A stretch of 30,262 bases of DNA, from positions 1-30,262 of the forward strand of contig JAUWKS010000039.1 in the NCBI GenBank assembly GCA_030614005.1, in the 5' to 3' direction. A program made the translations under genes and the position numbers. The DNA is from Candidatus Heimdallarchaeota archaeon. Its GTDB lineage: Archaea; Asgardarchaeota; Heimdallarchaeia; JABLTI01. The notes under the pieces were generated by a model that was given only the letters and a program-made list of their open reading frames with translations, ran no database searches and had not been told where the DNA came from. The stretch's first letter is position 1. The number at the start of each line of letters is the position of its first letter. Below are positions 16,904 to 25,048 of the stretch, one piece after another.

Positions 16904-17195
16904 AAATATCCACAGACACGAGTTGATTGGTTTGAATGTTGAAATAATAAAATCTACTGATAAGAATCTAATCGGAATGCAAGGTTGTATTGTCGATGAA
17001 ACAAAGCAAATGCTGGTTATAGATCTTATTAATTCAAAATCAAACACAACAGCATCTCGTCGACTCTCTATTGAAAAGAAAAACAATTCATTTCGATTCC
17101 AATTACCAAATAAAGAACTCGTGGATGTAGATGGAAGTTTACTAAACTCTCGAAGCGAAAATAGAATAAAAAATGTAATCCGTAAAAGGTGGTAA
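16875..17195 (+). CDS. rnp1: RNase P protein component 1 (Rpp29/Pop4)
   Basis: NIHRHELIGLNVEI, GCIVDETKQML, VDGSLLNSRSENRIK; canonical position between rpl29 and rps17; overlaps rpl29 by 29 nt. Confidence 0.93.
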   Translation: MVSLSPLTAKNIHRHELIGLNVEIIKSTDKNLIGMQGCIVDETKQMLVIDLINSKSNTTASRRLSIEKKNNSFRFQLPNKELVDVDGSLLNSRSENRIKNVIRKRW

Positions 17196-17199
17196 AAAA

Positions 17200-17544
17200 A
17201 TGTCCAGATATATTGGCGTTGATGTTCCAGAACCAGAAAATGTTTGTAATGATATAAACTGTCCTTTCCATGGCACTCTTCGTGTCAGAGGTAGGATCAT
17301 AAATGGAACTGTTACAAGTCATAAAATGCAAAAAGCATGTGTTGTTCGTAGAGACTTTCTCTTTTATATAAAGAAATTCAAACGATACGAACGCAGACAT
17401 GGTACTTACAGTTCTCATAATCCCCCATGTATCGATGCTCGAGAAGGAGACAAAGTAACCATAATGGAGTGTCGTCCTCTTAGCAAAACAGTTTCCTATG
17501 TTGTTATTGCAAAGGAAAAACCCGTGGAGGGCATAGAATCTTAG
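17200..17544 (+). CDS. rps17: 30S ribosomal protein uS17
   Basis: CNDINCPFHGTL, KRYERR, HNPPCI, ECRPLSKT. Confidence 0.97.
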   Translation: MSRYIGVDVPEPENVCNDINCPFHGTLRVRGRIINGTVTSHKMQKACVVRRDFLFYIKKFKRYERRHGTYSSHNPPCIDAREGDKVTIMECRPLSKTVSYVVIAKEKPVEGIES

Positions 17545-17567
17545 AAAACCGAGGAGAATAAAAGAAG

Positions 17568-17984
17568 ATGTCGAGAAGAAAAGTAACAGGTATATCTCTC
17601 CCAAAACTTAGCAAAGGTGTTACAGTAGGCACACGTTTAGTTTGTGCAGATAACACAGGCGCAAAAGTTATTCAGATTATTGCTGTGAAAGGATTCAAAG
17701 GTCGTCTTAATCGGTATCCTTCAGCATCTGTAGGAGACATGGTTATTGTCACAGTAAAGAAAGGTACCCCTCAAATGAGGCGACAAGTTCTCCCGGCAAT
17801 AGTTATTCGCCAGAGAAAATTGTACCGAAGACCAAACGGACTCTGGGTTCAGTTTGAGGATAATGCTGCAGTAATTGCCAGTCCTGAAGGTAGCCCAAGA
17901 GGAAGCGAAATTCGTGGGCCAGTAGCAAAAGAAGCTGCTGAGCGATGGCCAAGAGTTGCCCACGCTGCTAGTACTATTGTATAA
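17568..17984 (+). CDS. rpl14: 50S ribosomal protein uL14
   Basis: [39 protein letters not shown]. Confidence 0.98.
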   Translation: MSRRKVTGISLPKLSKGVTVGTRLVCADNTGAKVIQIIAVKGFKGRLNRYPSASVGDMVIVTVKKGTPQMRRQVLPAIVIRQRKLYRRPNGLWVQFEDNAAVIASPEGSPRGSEIRGPVAKEAAERWPRVAHAASTIV

Positions 17985-18018
17985 AATAATACTATGGTAA
18001 ACTAAGGAGAAGAAAAAA

Positions 18019-18441
18019 ATGAAGAAAAACGCAAAACTAACTAAACAACCTTCCAAGCAAAGAAAAATGCTCTATCAAGCACCTTTGCATAAAAGAAGGA
18101 AGATGTTAACTGCTCCTCTCTCTCCAACACTTGCAGAAAAAGAAGGCGTGAAAAGCTTGGTTATCAGAAAGGGTGATACTGTACGAATTAGAAGAGGATC
18201 CTTCAGAGGTATTGAAGGTGAAGTGTCTAAAGTTGGCCTCAAAAATATGATGGTCACAATAGAAGGCGTCACATTCGAGAAATCTGATGGCTCAGCTCAA
18301 CATTTCCCAGTTCGTGCTTGTAATTGCGAAATCATAAATCTGAAAAATATGAAAGATAAACGCCGCAAAGCAATTGTTGATCGAAGACTTGTCACTTTAG
18401 ATGAAGGTGTAGCAAGTGAAAAAGAAGAGGAAACGAAATAA
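18019..18441 (+). CDS. rpl24: 50S ribosomal protein uL24
   Basis: QPSKQRKMLYQAPLH, IRKGDTVRIRRG KOW motif. Confidence 0.96.
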   Translation: MKKNAKLTKQPSKQRKMLYQAPLHKRRKMLTAPLSPTLAEKEGVKSLVIRKGDTVRIRRGSFRGIEGEVSKVGLKNMMVTIEGVTFEKSDGSAQHFPVRACNCEIINLKNMKDKRRKAIVDRRLVTLDEGVASEKEEETK

Positions 18442-18458
18442 AAGGAAAGTGAAAAAAA

Positions 18459-19214
18459 ATGACTAAATCAGGTGGCTCAAAGCATCAAAAGAGAATTGCA
18501 TCCCCACGTAACTGGACAATCCGCAGAAAGGCACACAAATTCGCTTTCCGTGCAGATCCAGGACCTCATAGTCGTAATTCATGTATACCATTAGGTATTC
18601 TGTTGCGAGATGTTCTTAACCTTGCAGAAACTGCTCGAGAATTAAAGATCATCGTAAATAAACGACTAGTAACAATTGATGGGAATGTAGTTACAAATCT
18701 AAAACATCCTGTCGGTCTTATGGATGTAGTTCAAATTGATGAATTAAACAAAGCATATCGTATTCTACCACATGAGTTACACGTAATGATGCCTTATGAA
18801 ATGAAGAAAACGGCTACAATTACTAAACTCTGTAAAATTTTGAATAAAACCACAATCAAAGGTGGCATTACTCAATTAAATCTCCATGATGGGAGAAATA
18901 TTCTCTTACCAAAGGAAGCAGGCATTGAACAAAAATATAATACAAAAGACTCAATCGAAGTAAAACTTCCTTCTCAAGAGATAGCTACTCACTTCCCATT
19001 CAAAGAGGGAATGTATGCGATTATTACAGCTGGTAAAAACGTCGGCAAACATGGATCACTCAAAGAAGTTCAATGGCGTTTTGGTCCCAGAGCTTCAACT
19101 GTGACTCTAGTATCCCCAGAAGATGGTACAGAGGTTCAAACCACACCCGAATATATCTTCATCATAGGTGAAAAATCACCTTGGTTTCAAGCAAAAGGAG
19201 TCGATAGCAAATGA
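18459..19214 (+). CDS. rps4e: 30S ribosomal protein eS4
   Basis: HQKRIASP, PGPH, PLGILLRD, PVGLMDV, QLNLHDGRNI, ITAGKNVG. Confidence 0.97.
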   Translation: MTKSGGSKHQKRIASPRNWTIRRKAHKFAFRADPGPHSRNSCIPLGILLRDVLNLAETARELKIIVNKRLVTIDGNVVTNLKHPVGLMDVVQIDELNKAYRILPHELHVMMPYEMKKTATITKLCKILNKTTIKGGITQLNLHDGRNILLPKEAGIEQKYNTKDSIEVKLPSQEIATHFPFKEGMYAIITAGKNVGKHGSLKEVQWRFGPRASTVTLVSPEDGTEVQTTPEYIFIIGEKSPWFQAKGVDSK

Positions 19215-19759
19215 CACTAACTAAAGAAGATTATTTGAAGGATTGGCAAGAAAATAAAATGCGCAAACCTAAAGTTGCTTCCTTAATCCTTCACTGCTGT
19301 GTAGGAGAATCTGGTGAAGCACTAGAAAGGGTAAAGAAAATTTTCGAATCCATTGCTGGAATGAAAACAGCCGAAACTCGTGCTAAACGTTCTTTCAGAG
19401 AATTCGGAATTCGCGAAGGTGAACCAATTGGTGCAATAGTTACAATACGTGACGAAGCAAGCATCAAGAAACTTGTTGAGCGACTTTTCTACCCTCGAGA
19501 CAACAAAATTTCCCCAAGAAACTTTGATCGAGAAGGCAATTTTGGCTTTGGAATTAAAGAACACATTGACATCCCAGGTACTAGGTATGACCCTAACCTT
19601 GGAGTAACTGGCTTGGATGTATTTCTAAAAATAGAACGTCCAGGTTTTCGGGTGAAACGAAGATTCCGCGCACCAACCAAGATTCCTATGAGACATAGGA
19701 TTTCTCGTGATGAAGCGATTGTTTTCGCTGAAACAGAATTAGGATTATCTGTAGAGTAG
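19211..19759 (+). CDS. rpl5: 50S ribosomal protein uL5
   Basis: [42 protein letters not shown]; ATGA-type overlap with rps4e. Confidence 0.97.
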   Translation: MTLTKEDYLKDWQENKMRKPKVASLILHCCVGESGEALERVKKIFESIAGMKTAETRAKRSFREFGIREGEPIGAIVTIRDEASIKKLVERLFYPRDNKISPRNFDREGNFGFGIKEHIDIPGTRYDPNLGVTGLDVFLKIERPGFRVKRRFRAPTKIPMRHRISRDEAIVFAETELGLSVE

Positions 19760-19770
19760 GTGAAAAGCGA

Positions 19771-19953
19771 ATGGCAAAAGGATCAGGTTCAAAACCAAAA
19801 GTAGTCAAATTTGGCAAAGGCTCTCGAAAATGTACACGATGTGGAGCCCATGAAGGTTTGATTCGAAGGCATGGACTTAACCTATGCAGACGATGCTTCC
19901 GTGAGGTTGCAAAAACTGTTGGGTTCAAAAGATATGGAGGACACGGAGGATAA
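19771..19953 (+). CDS. rps14: 30S ribosomal protein uS14 (zinc-binding)
   Basis: RKCTRCG...LCRRCFRE. Confidence 0.96.
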   Translation: MAKGSGSKPKVVKFGKGSRKCTRCGAHEGLIRRHGLNLCRRCFREVAKTVGFKRYGGHGG

Positions 19954-19986
19954 TTCCTCTGTTAGATAAAGTAGGTGAATAATACT

Positions 19987-20379
19987 ATGCCATTATTAGA
20001 TACATTAGCAAACGCAATGAATAATATCTGGAATGCTGAAAAGCTAGGAAAACGTGAAGTTTACCTCAAACCTGCTTCAAAACTTATCTCTTCCGTAGTT
20101 AAAGTGATGATGGCTAAAGGTTACATCGGTGAGTTTGAATTCATTGATGATGACCGAGCAGGAATCTTCAAAGTACAATTACTTGGAAGAATAAACAAAT
20201 GTCAGGTTATTAAACCACGATTTCCTGTGAAGCACAAAGAATTCGAATCCTGGGAAGAAAAATTCCTTCCTGCAAGGGATATGGGAATTCTAATTGTCTC
20301 TACACCAAAGGGTGTGATGAGTCACGAAGATGCAAAAGCATTGGGTATAGGAGGAAGACTCCTAGCCTATATATACTGA
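19987..20379 (+). CDS. rps8: 30S ribosomal protein uS8
   Basis: [44 protein letters not shown] 19987 follows an AGGTGA SD (track start 19975). Confidence 0.97.
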   Translation: MPLLDTLANAMNNIWNAEKLGKREVYLKPASKLISSVVKVMMAKGYIGEFEFIDDDRAGIFKVQLLGRINKCQVIKPRFPVKHKEFESWEEKFLPARDMGILIVSTPKGVMSHEDAKALGIGGRLLAYIY

Positions 20380-20398
20380 TTAAGGATGCGATAATGAA

Positions 20399-20956
20399 AT
20401 GCCTAAAGCTGTCTTTGTAGAAAAAGCTGTAGAAGCACCGGAAGGAGTTACGCTAGAGCTTAAGGGCATGAAGGTAACTGTCACAGGTCCAAAAGGAATG
20501 TTAGACCGAAACTTTAACGGTGAACCTGTAGATATGTCCTTAGCAAAGAGCAAATTGACTTTGTCTGTAGCCTTTCCACGCAAAAGAGAATTAGCAATGT
20601 TGGGAACAATTCAAGCACATGTGAAAAACATGATCGTTGGTGTTACTCAAGGGTACACCTACAAGCTAACAATTGTCTATTCTCACTTTCCTATCACAGT
20701 AGATGTGAAACCAGAAGAAGTTGTTATCAAGAATCTTTACGGTCAAAGAAACCCAAGAAGAGCAAAAATCCTTGGTGACACGAAGGTTAAAGTTGACGGT
20801 GATGAGCTAATCATCACTGGAATAAATAAGGAGCATGTTGGCCAAACATCAGCTAACATCCAAGAAATCTGTAAACTAAGAGGAAAATTACACAAAGATC
20901 CTCGACGATTTATGGATGGTATTTGGTTGTCAGCACAATATGTTGGCATTGACTAG
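20399..20956 (+). CDS. rpl6: 50S ribosomal protein uL6
   Basis: VTGPKG, GVTQGY, YSHFPI, KEHVGQTSANI, KDPRRFMDGIW. Confidence 0.97.
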   Translation: MPKAVFVEKAVEAPEGVTLELKGMKVTVTGPKGMLDRNFNGEPVDMSLAKSKLTLSVAFPRKRELAMLGTIQAHVKNMIVGVTQGYTYKLTIVYSHFPITVDVKPEEVVIKNLYGQRNPRRAKILGDTKVKVDGDELIITGINKEHVGQTSANIQEICKLRGKLHKDPRRFMDGIWLSAQYVGID

Positions 20957-20968
20957 GAGTGAACCATC

Positions 20969-21796
20969 ATGACTGTTGATAAACGATTACTCCGTGAAAG
21001 AGCCAAAATAAGAAAGAAACGTCCTAAATTTAGACGACAAGAAAGTTGGCGATACAAACGATTACGAACCGGTTGGAGACGACCAGTAGGTATCGACAAT
21101 ACTATGAGACATCATAAACGAGGTTGGCCAAAAATAGTTAGGATCGGATTTAGAGGTCCTAAAGCCGTTAGAGGATTAACATCAACCGGAAAAGTTGAAG
21201 TTCTTGTTCATAATGTCAAGGAAATTGAACAAATTGACGTTGACGTTCAAGTAGCTCGTATTGCTTCCGCTGTTGGAATCAAAAAGAAAGTTGATATGAC
21301 CAACAGAGCTGATGAACTAAATATAAAGATCATCAATAGACCCGAAGAAGCATTAACATTTGCTACAATATCCGAAATCTCAGAAGAACTATTACTAGAA
21401 GACGACGAAGTTGATAAGAAGAAACCTTCTCGACCTCGTAAGAAGAAAACATCTTCAAGTGGATTAACTGCTAAAGAAATGGTTGAATTAGATCAGATTG
21501 AATCACAATTAGCAGGTAAAGCTAAGAAACCAACCACTAAAACCAAAGCTAAACCAGCTGCCAAGAAGACCACTACTAAGAAGCCTGCTACAAAACCAAA
21601 AACCACTACTAAGAAACCTACAACAAAGAAACCAACCGCAAAGAAAACCACCACTACCAAGAAAGCACCTGCAAAACCAAAAGCATCTACTACCACTAAG
21701 AAGAAGACCACTTCACCAGCGAAGAAGAAAGCAACCACTTCTAGTAAGAAGGCTGACGACACAAAGAAAAAAGCTGCCTCTAGCAAGAAAAATTAG
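20969..21796 (+). CDS. rpl32e: 50S ribosomal protein eL32 with a ~150-aa extension (acidic linker, then Lys/Thr/Ala/Pro-rich tail)
   Basis: KFRRQES, WRRPVGIDN, GFRGPKAVRGL, VLVHNVKE; core is about 125 aa. Confidence 0.96.
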   Translation: MTVDKRLLRERAKIRKKRPKFRRQESWRYKRLRTGWRRPVGIDNTMRHHKRGWPKIVRIGFRGPKAVRGLTSTGKVEVLVHNVKEIEQIDVDVQVARIASAVGIKKKVDMTNRADELNIKIINRPEEALTFATISEISEELLLEDDEVDKKKPSRPRKKKTSSSGLTAKEMVELDQIESQLAGKAKKPTTKTKAKPAAKKTTTKKPATKPKTTTKKPTTKKPTAKKTTTTKKAPAKPKASTTTKKKTTSPAKKKATTSSKKADDTKKKAASSKKN

Positions 21797-21814
21797 GAAT
21801 GAGGTGTAAAAAAC

Positions 21815-22348
21815 ATGACTGATTTGAAAACCCAAAGAAATATCGCTGCAGATATCCTCGGTATAGGAGTAAACAGAGTCTATATTGACCCTGATGCTGC
21901 AGATGAGGTTCAAATGGCACTAACTCGAAGAGATATTCGAGCTCTAATCCACAGCGGTGCTATTCAAGCCAGAAAAATTCAGGGTATTAGCAGAGGTAGA
22001 GCAAGAGCACTCCACATCAAACGTATCAGAGGTCAAAGACGAGGACACGGTAGTCGTAAAGGACGGAAAACCGCTCGTTCAGACACAAGACGAGATTGGA
22101 TTTATCGTATACGAAAGCAACGTACTTATCTAAAGGCTCTCAGAGATAAAAATTACCTCGATAAAGCAACTTATCGTATTTTATATCGACGAGCTAAAGG
22201 TGGTATGTTTCGTTCTGCTAATTACTTGAGAATGTACATTCAAGATAACAGAATGTCTAAAAGAAAATTACCTGAAGTAGATTCAGTAATGCGTGAACTC
22301 CGTTTAGCAAAATCGGAGTATCATAAGAATGAACAAAGGAGTACGTGA
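21815..22348 (+). CDS. rpl19e: 50S ribosomal protein eL19 with a ~30-aa C-terminal extension
   Basis: QRNIAADIL, RGHGSRKG, WIYRIRKQR, YRRAKGGMF. Confidence 0.97.
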   Translation: MTDLKTQRNIAADILGIGVNRVYIDPDAADEVQMALTRRDIRALIHSGAIQARKIQGISRGRARALHIKRIRGQRRGHGSRKGRKTARSDTRRDWIYRIRKQRTYLKALRDKNYLDKATYRILYRRAKGGMFRSANYLRMYIQDNRMSKRKLPEVDSVMRELRLAKSEYHKNEQRST

Positions 22349-23238
22349 AGAAAATGGCGAAAAGTGCAAGTTACCACGTTCCTTTCAGAAGAAGAAGAGA
22401 AGGTAAAACTAACTTTCGGAGAAGAAAACGTCTTCTCAGATCAGATAAACCAAGAATGATTGTAAGACGATCAAACAAACATGTCCGAGTTAGCATCGTT
22501 GGTGCTAAAGTTATCGGTGATGAGACTTTGGTCGATGCAACTTCTCAACATCTAAAAGAATATGGTTGGAAAGGAGCAACGGGCAATCTCCCTTCAGCAT
22601 ATTTAACCGGCTATTTAGCTGGAAAATATGCCCTAGCAGTTGGTGTGAAAGAAGCGATTCTTGATATCGGTATAAATTCAATTAGAAAAGCAACAAGAGT
22701 CTCAGCTATGTTAGCTGGTGCTATTGCAGCAGGTATTGACATCCCACATAATCCATCTGTCTTCCCAGAAGAAGATAGATATACAGGAAAACATATTGCT
22801 GATTTTGCTGCTAAATTGAAGAAAGATGGTGCAAAGAAATACGACCAACAATTTTCCGATTATAAGAAACGTTCAGCAAAACCAGAAAGCTTACCTACTT
22901 ATTTCAAAGCTACTATTAAAGCGATTGATGCAGAATTTGCTTCTGGATCAATGAAAGCTAAACTAAAGAATCGTACTAAAAAGAATAAACTCCCCACATC
23001 TCCAAAGAAAAAGCCTGCGAAAAAAGCAGCTGCAAAGAAACCAGTTACTAAACCAAAGACTACTACTACAGCAAAGAAACCTACTGCTAAACCAAAGACT
23101 ACTACAACAAAGAAACCAACCACAACAAAGAAAGCTACAAGTACGACCAAGAAAGCGAGCACAACAGCTAAGAAAAGCTCTTCTTCAGCAGGAAAAACAA
23201 CTGCTAAGAAAGGAACCACAACAAAATCTAAGAAGTGA
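22345..23238 (+). CDS. rpl18: 50S ribosomal protein uL18 with a ~100-aa Lys/Thr/Ala/Pro-rich tail (start GTG 22345 or ATG 22354)
   Basis: PFRRRREGKTN, NLPSAYLTGYLAG, AILDIG, RYTGKHI; core is about 198 aa. Confidence 0.96.
   Translation: MKKMAKSASYHVPFRRRREGKTNFRRRKRLLRSDKPRMIVRRSNKHVRVSIVGAKVIGDETLVDATSQHLKEYGWKGATGNLPSAYLTGYLAGKYALAVGVKEAILDIGINSIRKATRVSAMLAGAIAAGIDIPHNPSVFPEEDRYTGKHIADFAAKLKKDGAKKYDQQFSDYKKRSAKPESLPTYFKATIKAIDAEFASGSMKAKLKNRTKKNKLPTSPKKKPAKKAAAKKPVTKPKTTTTAKKPTAKPKTTTTKKPTTTKKATSTTKKASTTAKKSSSSAGKTTAKKGTTTKSKK
23032..23109 (+). repeat. Two 39-nt tandem coding repeats (AKKPxxKPKTTTT) in the uL18 tail
   Basis: Units at 23032 and 23071, followed by a degenerate partial third unit. 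Confidence 0.8.
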
Positions 23239-23244
23239 TAGAAA

Positions 23245-23865
23245 ATGTCAACATTAAATGAATGGAAACCAAAAACCAAACTTGGTAAATTGGTCAAAAA
23301 CGGAGAAATTGTTTCCATCCATGAAATCTTTCAACAATCTTTGAAGATTAGTGAAGAAGAAATCATTGATACTTTAGTCTCAAATCTTGAGGATGAAGTG
23401 ATAAACATAAATCTCGTTCAAAGACAAACCGATGCTGGTGAAAAATCAAGATTCAAAGCTTGTGTAGCTGTAGGAAACAAAAATGGTTTAGTTGGTATTG
23501 GTGAAGCCAAAACAAAGGAAATTGGTCCCGCAATTAGGAAAGCAATTATTGCTGCAAAACTAAACCTTGCTCCAGTTAGAAGAGGTTGTGGCTCTTGGGA
23601 ATGTTCCTGTAACGATCCACATAGTATTCCTTTCAAAGTAAGAGGCAAAACCGGTAATTGCGTTGTAGTTGCAAAGCCAGCTCCAAAAGGTTTAGGTCTT
23701 GCTTCTGGAAACGTAGGCAAGATAGTATTCGAGCTTGCTGGAATAACTGATATCTGGACCAAAACTAAAGGTGAAACAAGAACCACTGCTAATTATGCGA
23801 AAGCAACCTTTGATTGCTTAAAACGCACCTATAAAGTGATCACCCCAAGAGATTGGGGTAGATAA
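23245..23865 (+). CDS. rps5: 30S ribosomal protein uS5
   Basis: WKPKTKLGKLV, VQRQTDAGEKSRF, VRRGCGSWEC...HSIPF, PAPKGLGL. Confidence 0.98.
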   Translation: MSTLNEWKPKTKLGKLVKNGEIVSIHEIFQQSLKISEEEIIDTLVSNLEDEVININLVQRQTDAGEKSRFKACVAVGNKNGLVGIGEAKTKEIGPAIRKAIIAAKLNLAPVRRGCGSWECSCNDPHSIPFKVRGKTGNCVVVAKPAPKGLGLASGNVGKIVFELAGITDIWTKTKGETRTTANYAKATFDCLKRTYKVITPRDWGR

Positions 23866-23888
23866 TACATTAAGGACGTGTAAAAGAA

Positions 23889-24368
23889 ATGTCAAAATCA
23901 AAACAAGGGTTAATTGCTGTCATCAGAATAAGAGGACAAGTTGATCAACCTAAAGGTGTTAAACATGGCTTAAATCTACTAAGTCTAAATAGAGTAATGA
24001 ATGCAGTAGTCGTCCCTAATGACCCCACTCACGTAGGGATGATGCAACAGCTAAAAGATGCGGTCACTTGGGGCGAAATCGATAAGAAAACTTTAACGGC
24101 ACTAATTAAGAAGCGAGGAAGAATTGTTGGCAATAAGAAAATTGACATCAAATACCTCAAAGAACAAAAGTTCGATACAATGGCTGCTTTTGTCACAGCA
24201 ATTTATGACTGCAAAGCAGATATGCGACGAATAGATGGATTAAAACCACTCTTTCGATTACATCCACCAAGAAAGGGCTTTAAATCAGTTAAAAACCCAA
24301 TAACTCGTGGTGGCGATTTAGGCTACAGAGGAGACAAAATAAACGCTCTCCTTATGAGGATGTTGTAA
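23889..24368 (+). CDS. rpl30: 50S ribosomal protein uL30 (long archaeal form)
   Basis: IAVIRIRG, VTWGEID, FRLHPPRKGF, GDLGYRGDKINALL. Confidence 0.96.
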   Translation: MSKSKQGLIAVIRIRGQVDQPKGVKHGLNLLSLNRVMNAVVVPNDPTHVGMMQQLKDAVTWGEIDKKTLTALIKKRGRIVGNKKIDIKYLKEQKFDTMAAFVTAIYDCKADMRRIDGLKPLFRLHPPRKGFKSVKNPITRGGDLGYRGDKINALLMRML

Positions 24369-24386
24369 TTTCGTGAGGGAAAAATA

Positions 24387-24824
24387 ATGGTACAAAGATT
24401 TAGACGAAAAATCAGAAAACAACGTGGTAGTATGCACCATGGTTGGGGTATCCAAAAAGGACACAAAAAAGCCGGCAGTAGAGGCGGCGTTGGTAAATCA
24501 GGCGGAACAACCCATCAATGGATGCAATCTATAGTAACCGGTAAAGTCTATGGTAAACAAGGTTTCGTTAGACCACCAAGAGCTTCTCCTCACACTAAAG
24601 CAATGAATATCGGTGACATAACTGATAAAATAGATGCACTAATCGCAAAAGGCATTGCAACGAAAAAAGGAACAGAAATCATTGTTGATACCACTTTATT
24701 GGATGTAACAAAGGTTCTTAGTAAAGGACCAGCCAAGAAAATGACTATAATTGCTCAATCCTTCTCGGCTAACGCTAAAGCTAAAATCGAAAAAGCTGGC
24801 GGAAAAGCGAAAATCGCTTCATAA
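24387..24824 (+). CDS. rpl15: 50S ribosomal protein uL15
   Basis: RKQRGSMHHGWG, GSRGGVG, YGKQGF, FSANAKAKIEKAGG. Confidence 0.96.
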   Translation: MVQRFRRKIRKQRGSMHHGWGIQKGHKKAGSRGGVGKSGGTTHQWMQSIVTGKVYGKQGFVRPPRASPHTKAMNIGDITDKIDALIAKGIATKKGTEIIVDTTLLDVTKVLSKGPAKKMTIIAQSFSANAKAKIEKAGGKAKIAS

Positions 24825-24837
24825 ACAAATAACTTAT

Positions 24838-24882
24838 AATCTCCGGTATTTTCGGAGATTCAACTCTATTTTTTTTCTTTTA
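24838..24882 (+). terminator. Hairpin plus T-tract ending the ribosomal cluster
   Basis: aatctccg-gtatttt-cggagatt 8-bp stem, then caactctatttttttttctttt. Confidence 0.65.
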
Positions 24883-25048
24883 ATCTAATCAAAGTTTTGG
24901 TAATGATTTTTTTTCCACCAAAATATTAATTGACACTTAAAAATATCAAATTTAAGTAAGAATAAAATGACAGTAAAGCTAAAAAAGAAGTAATTTCTGA
25001 AAAGAAGAGGAAACAATCTTATTAAAATAACAACGTGCGTGATAAATC

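Noticed and set aside
17068-18056. 178-aa and 111-aa minus-strand ORFs
   Set aside because: They lie antisense to rnp1, rps17, rpl14 and rpl24 and have no recognisable motifs.
21493-21786. 97-aa hydrophobic minus-strand ORF resembling a membrane protein
   Set aside because: Antisense shadow of the eL32 tail.
22899-23318. 139-aa hydrophobic minus-strand ORF
   Set aside because: Antisense shadow of the uL18 tail and the rps5 start.
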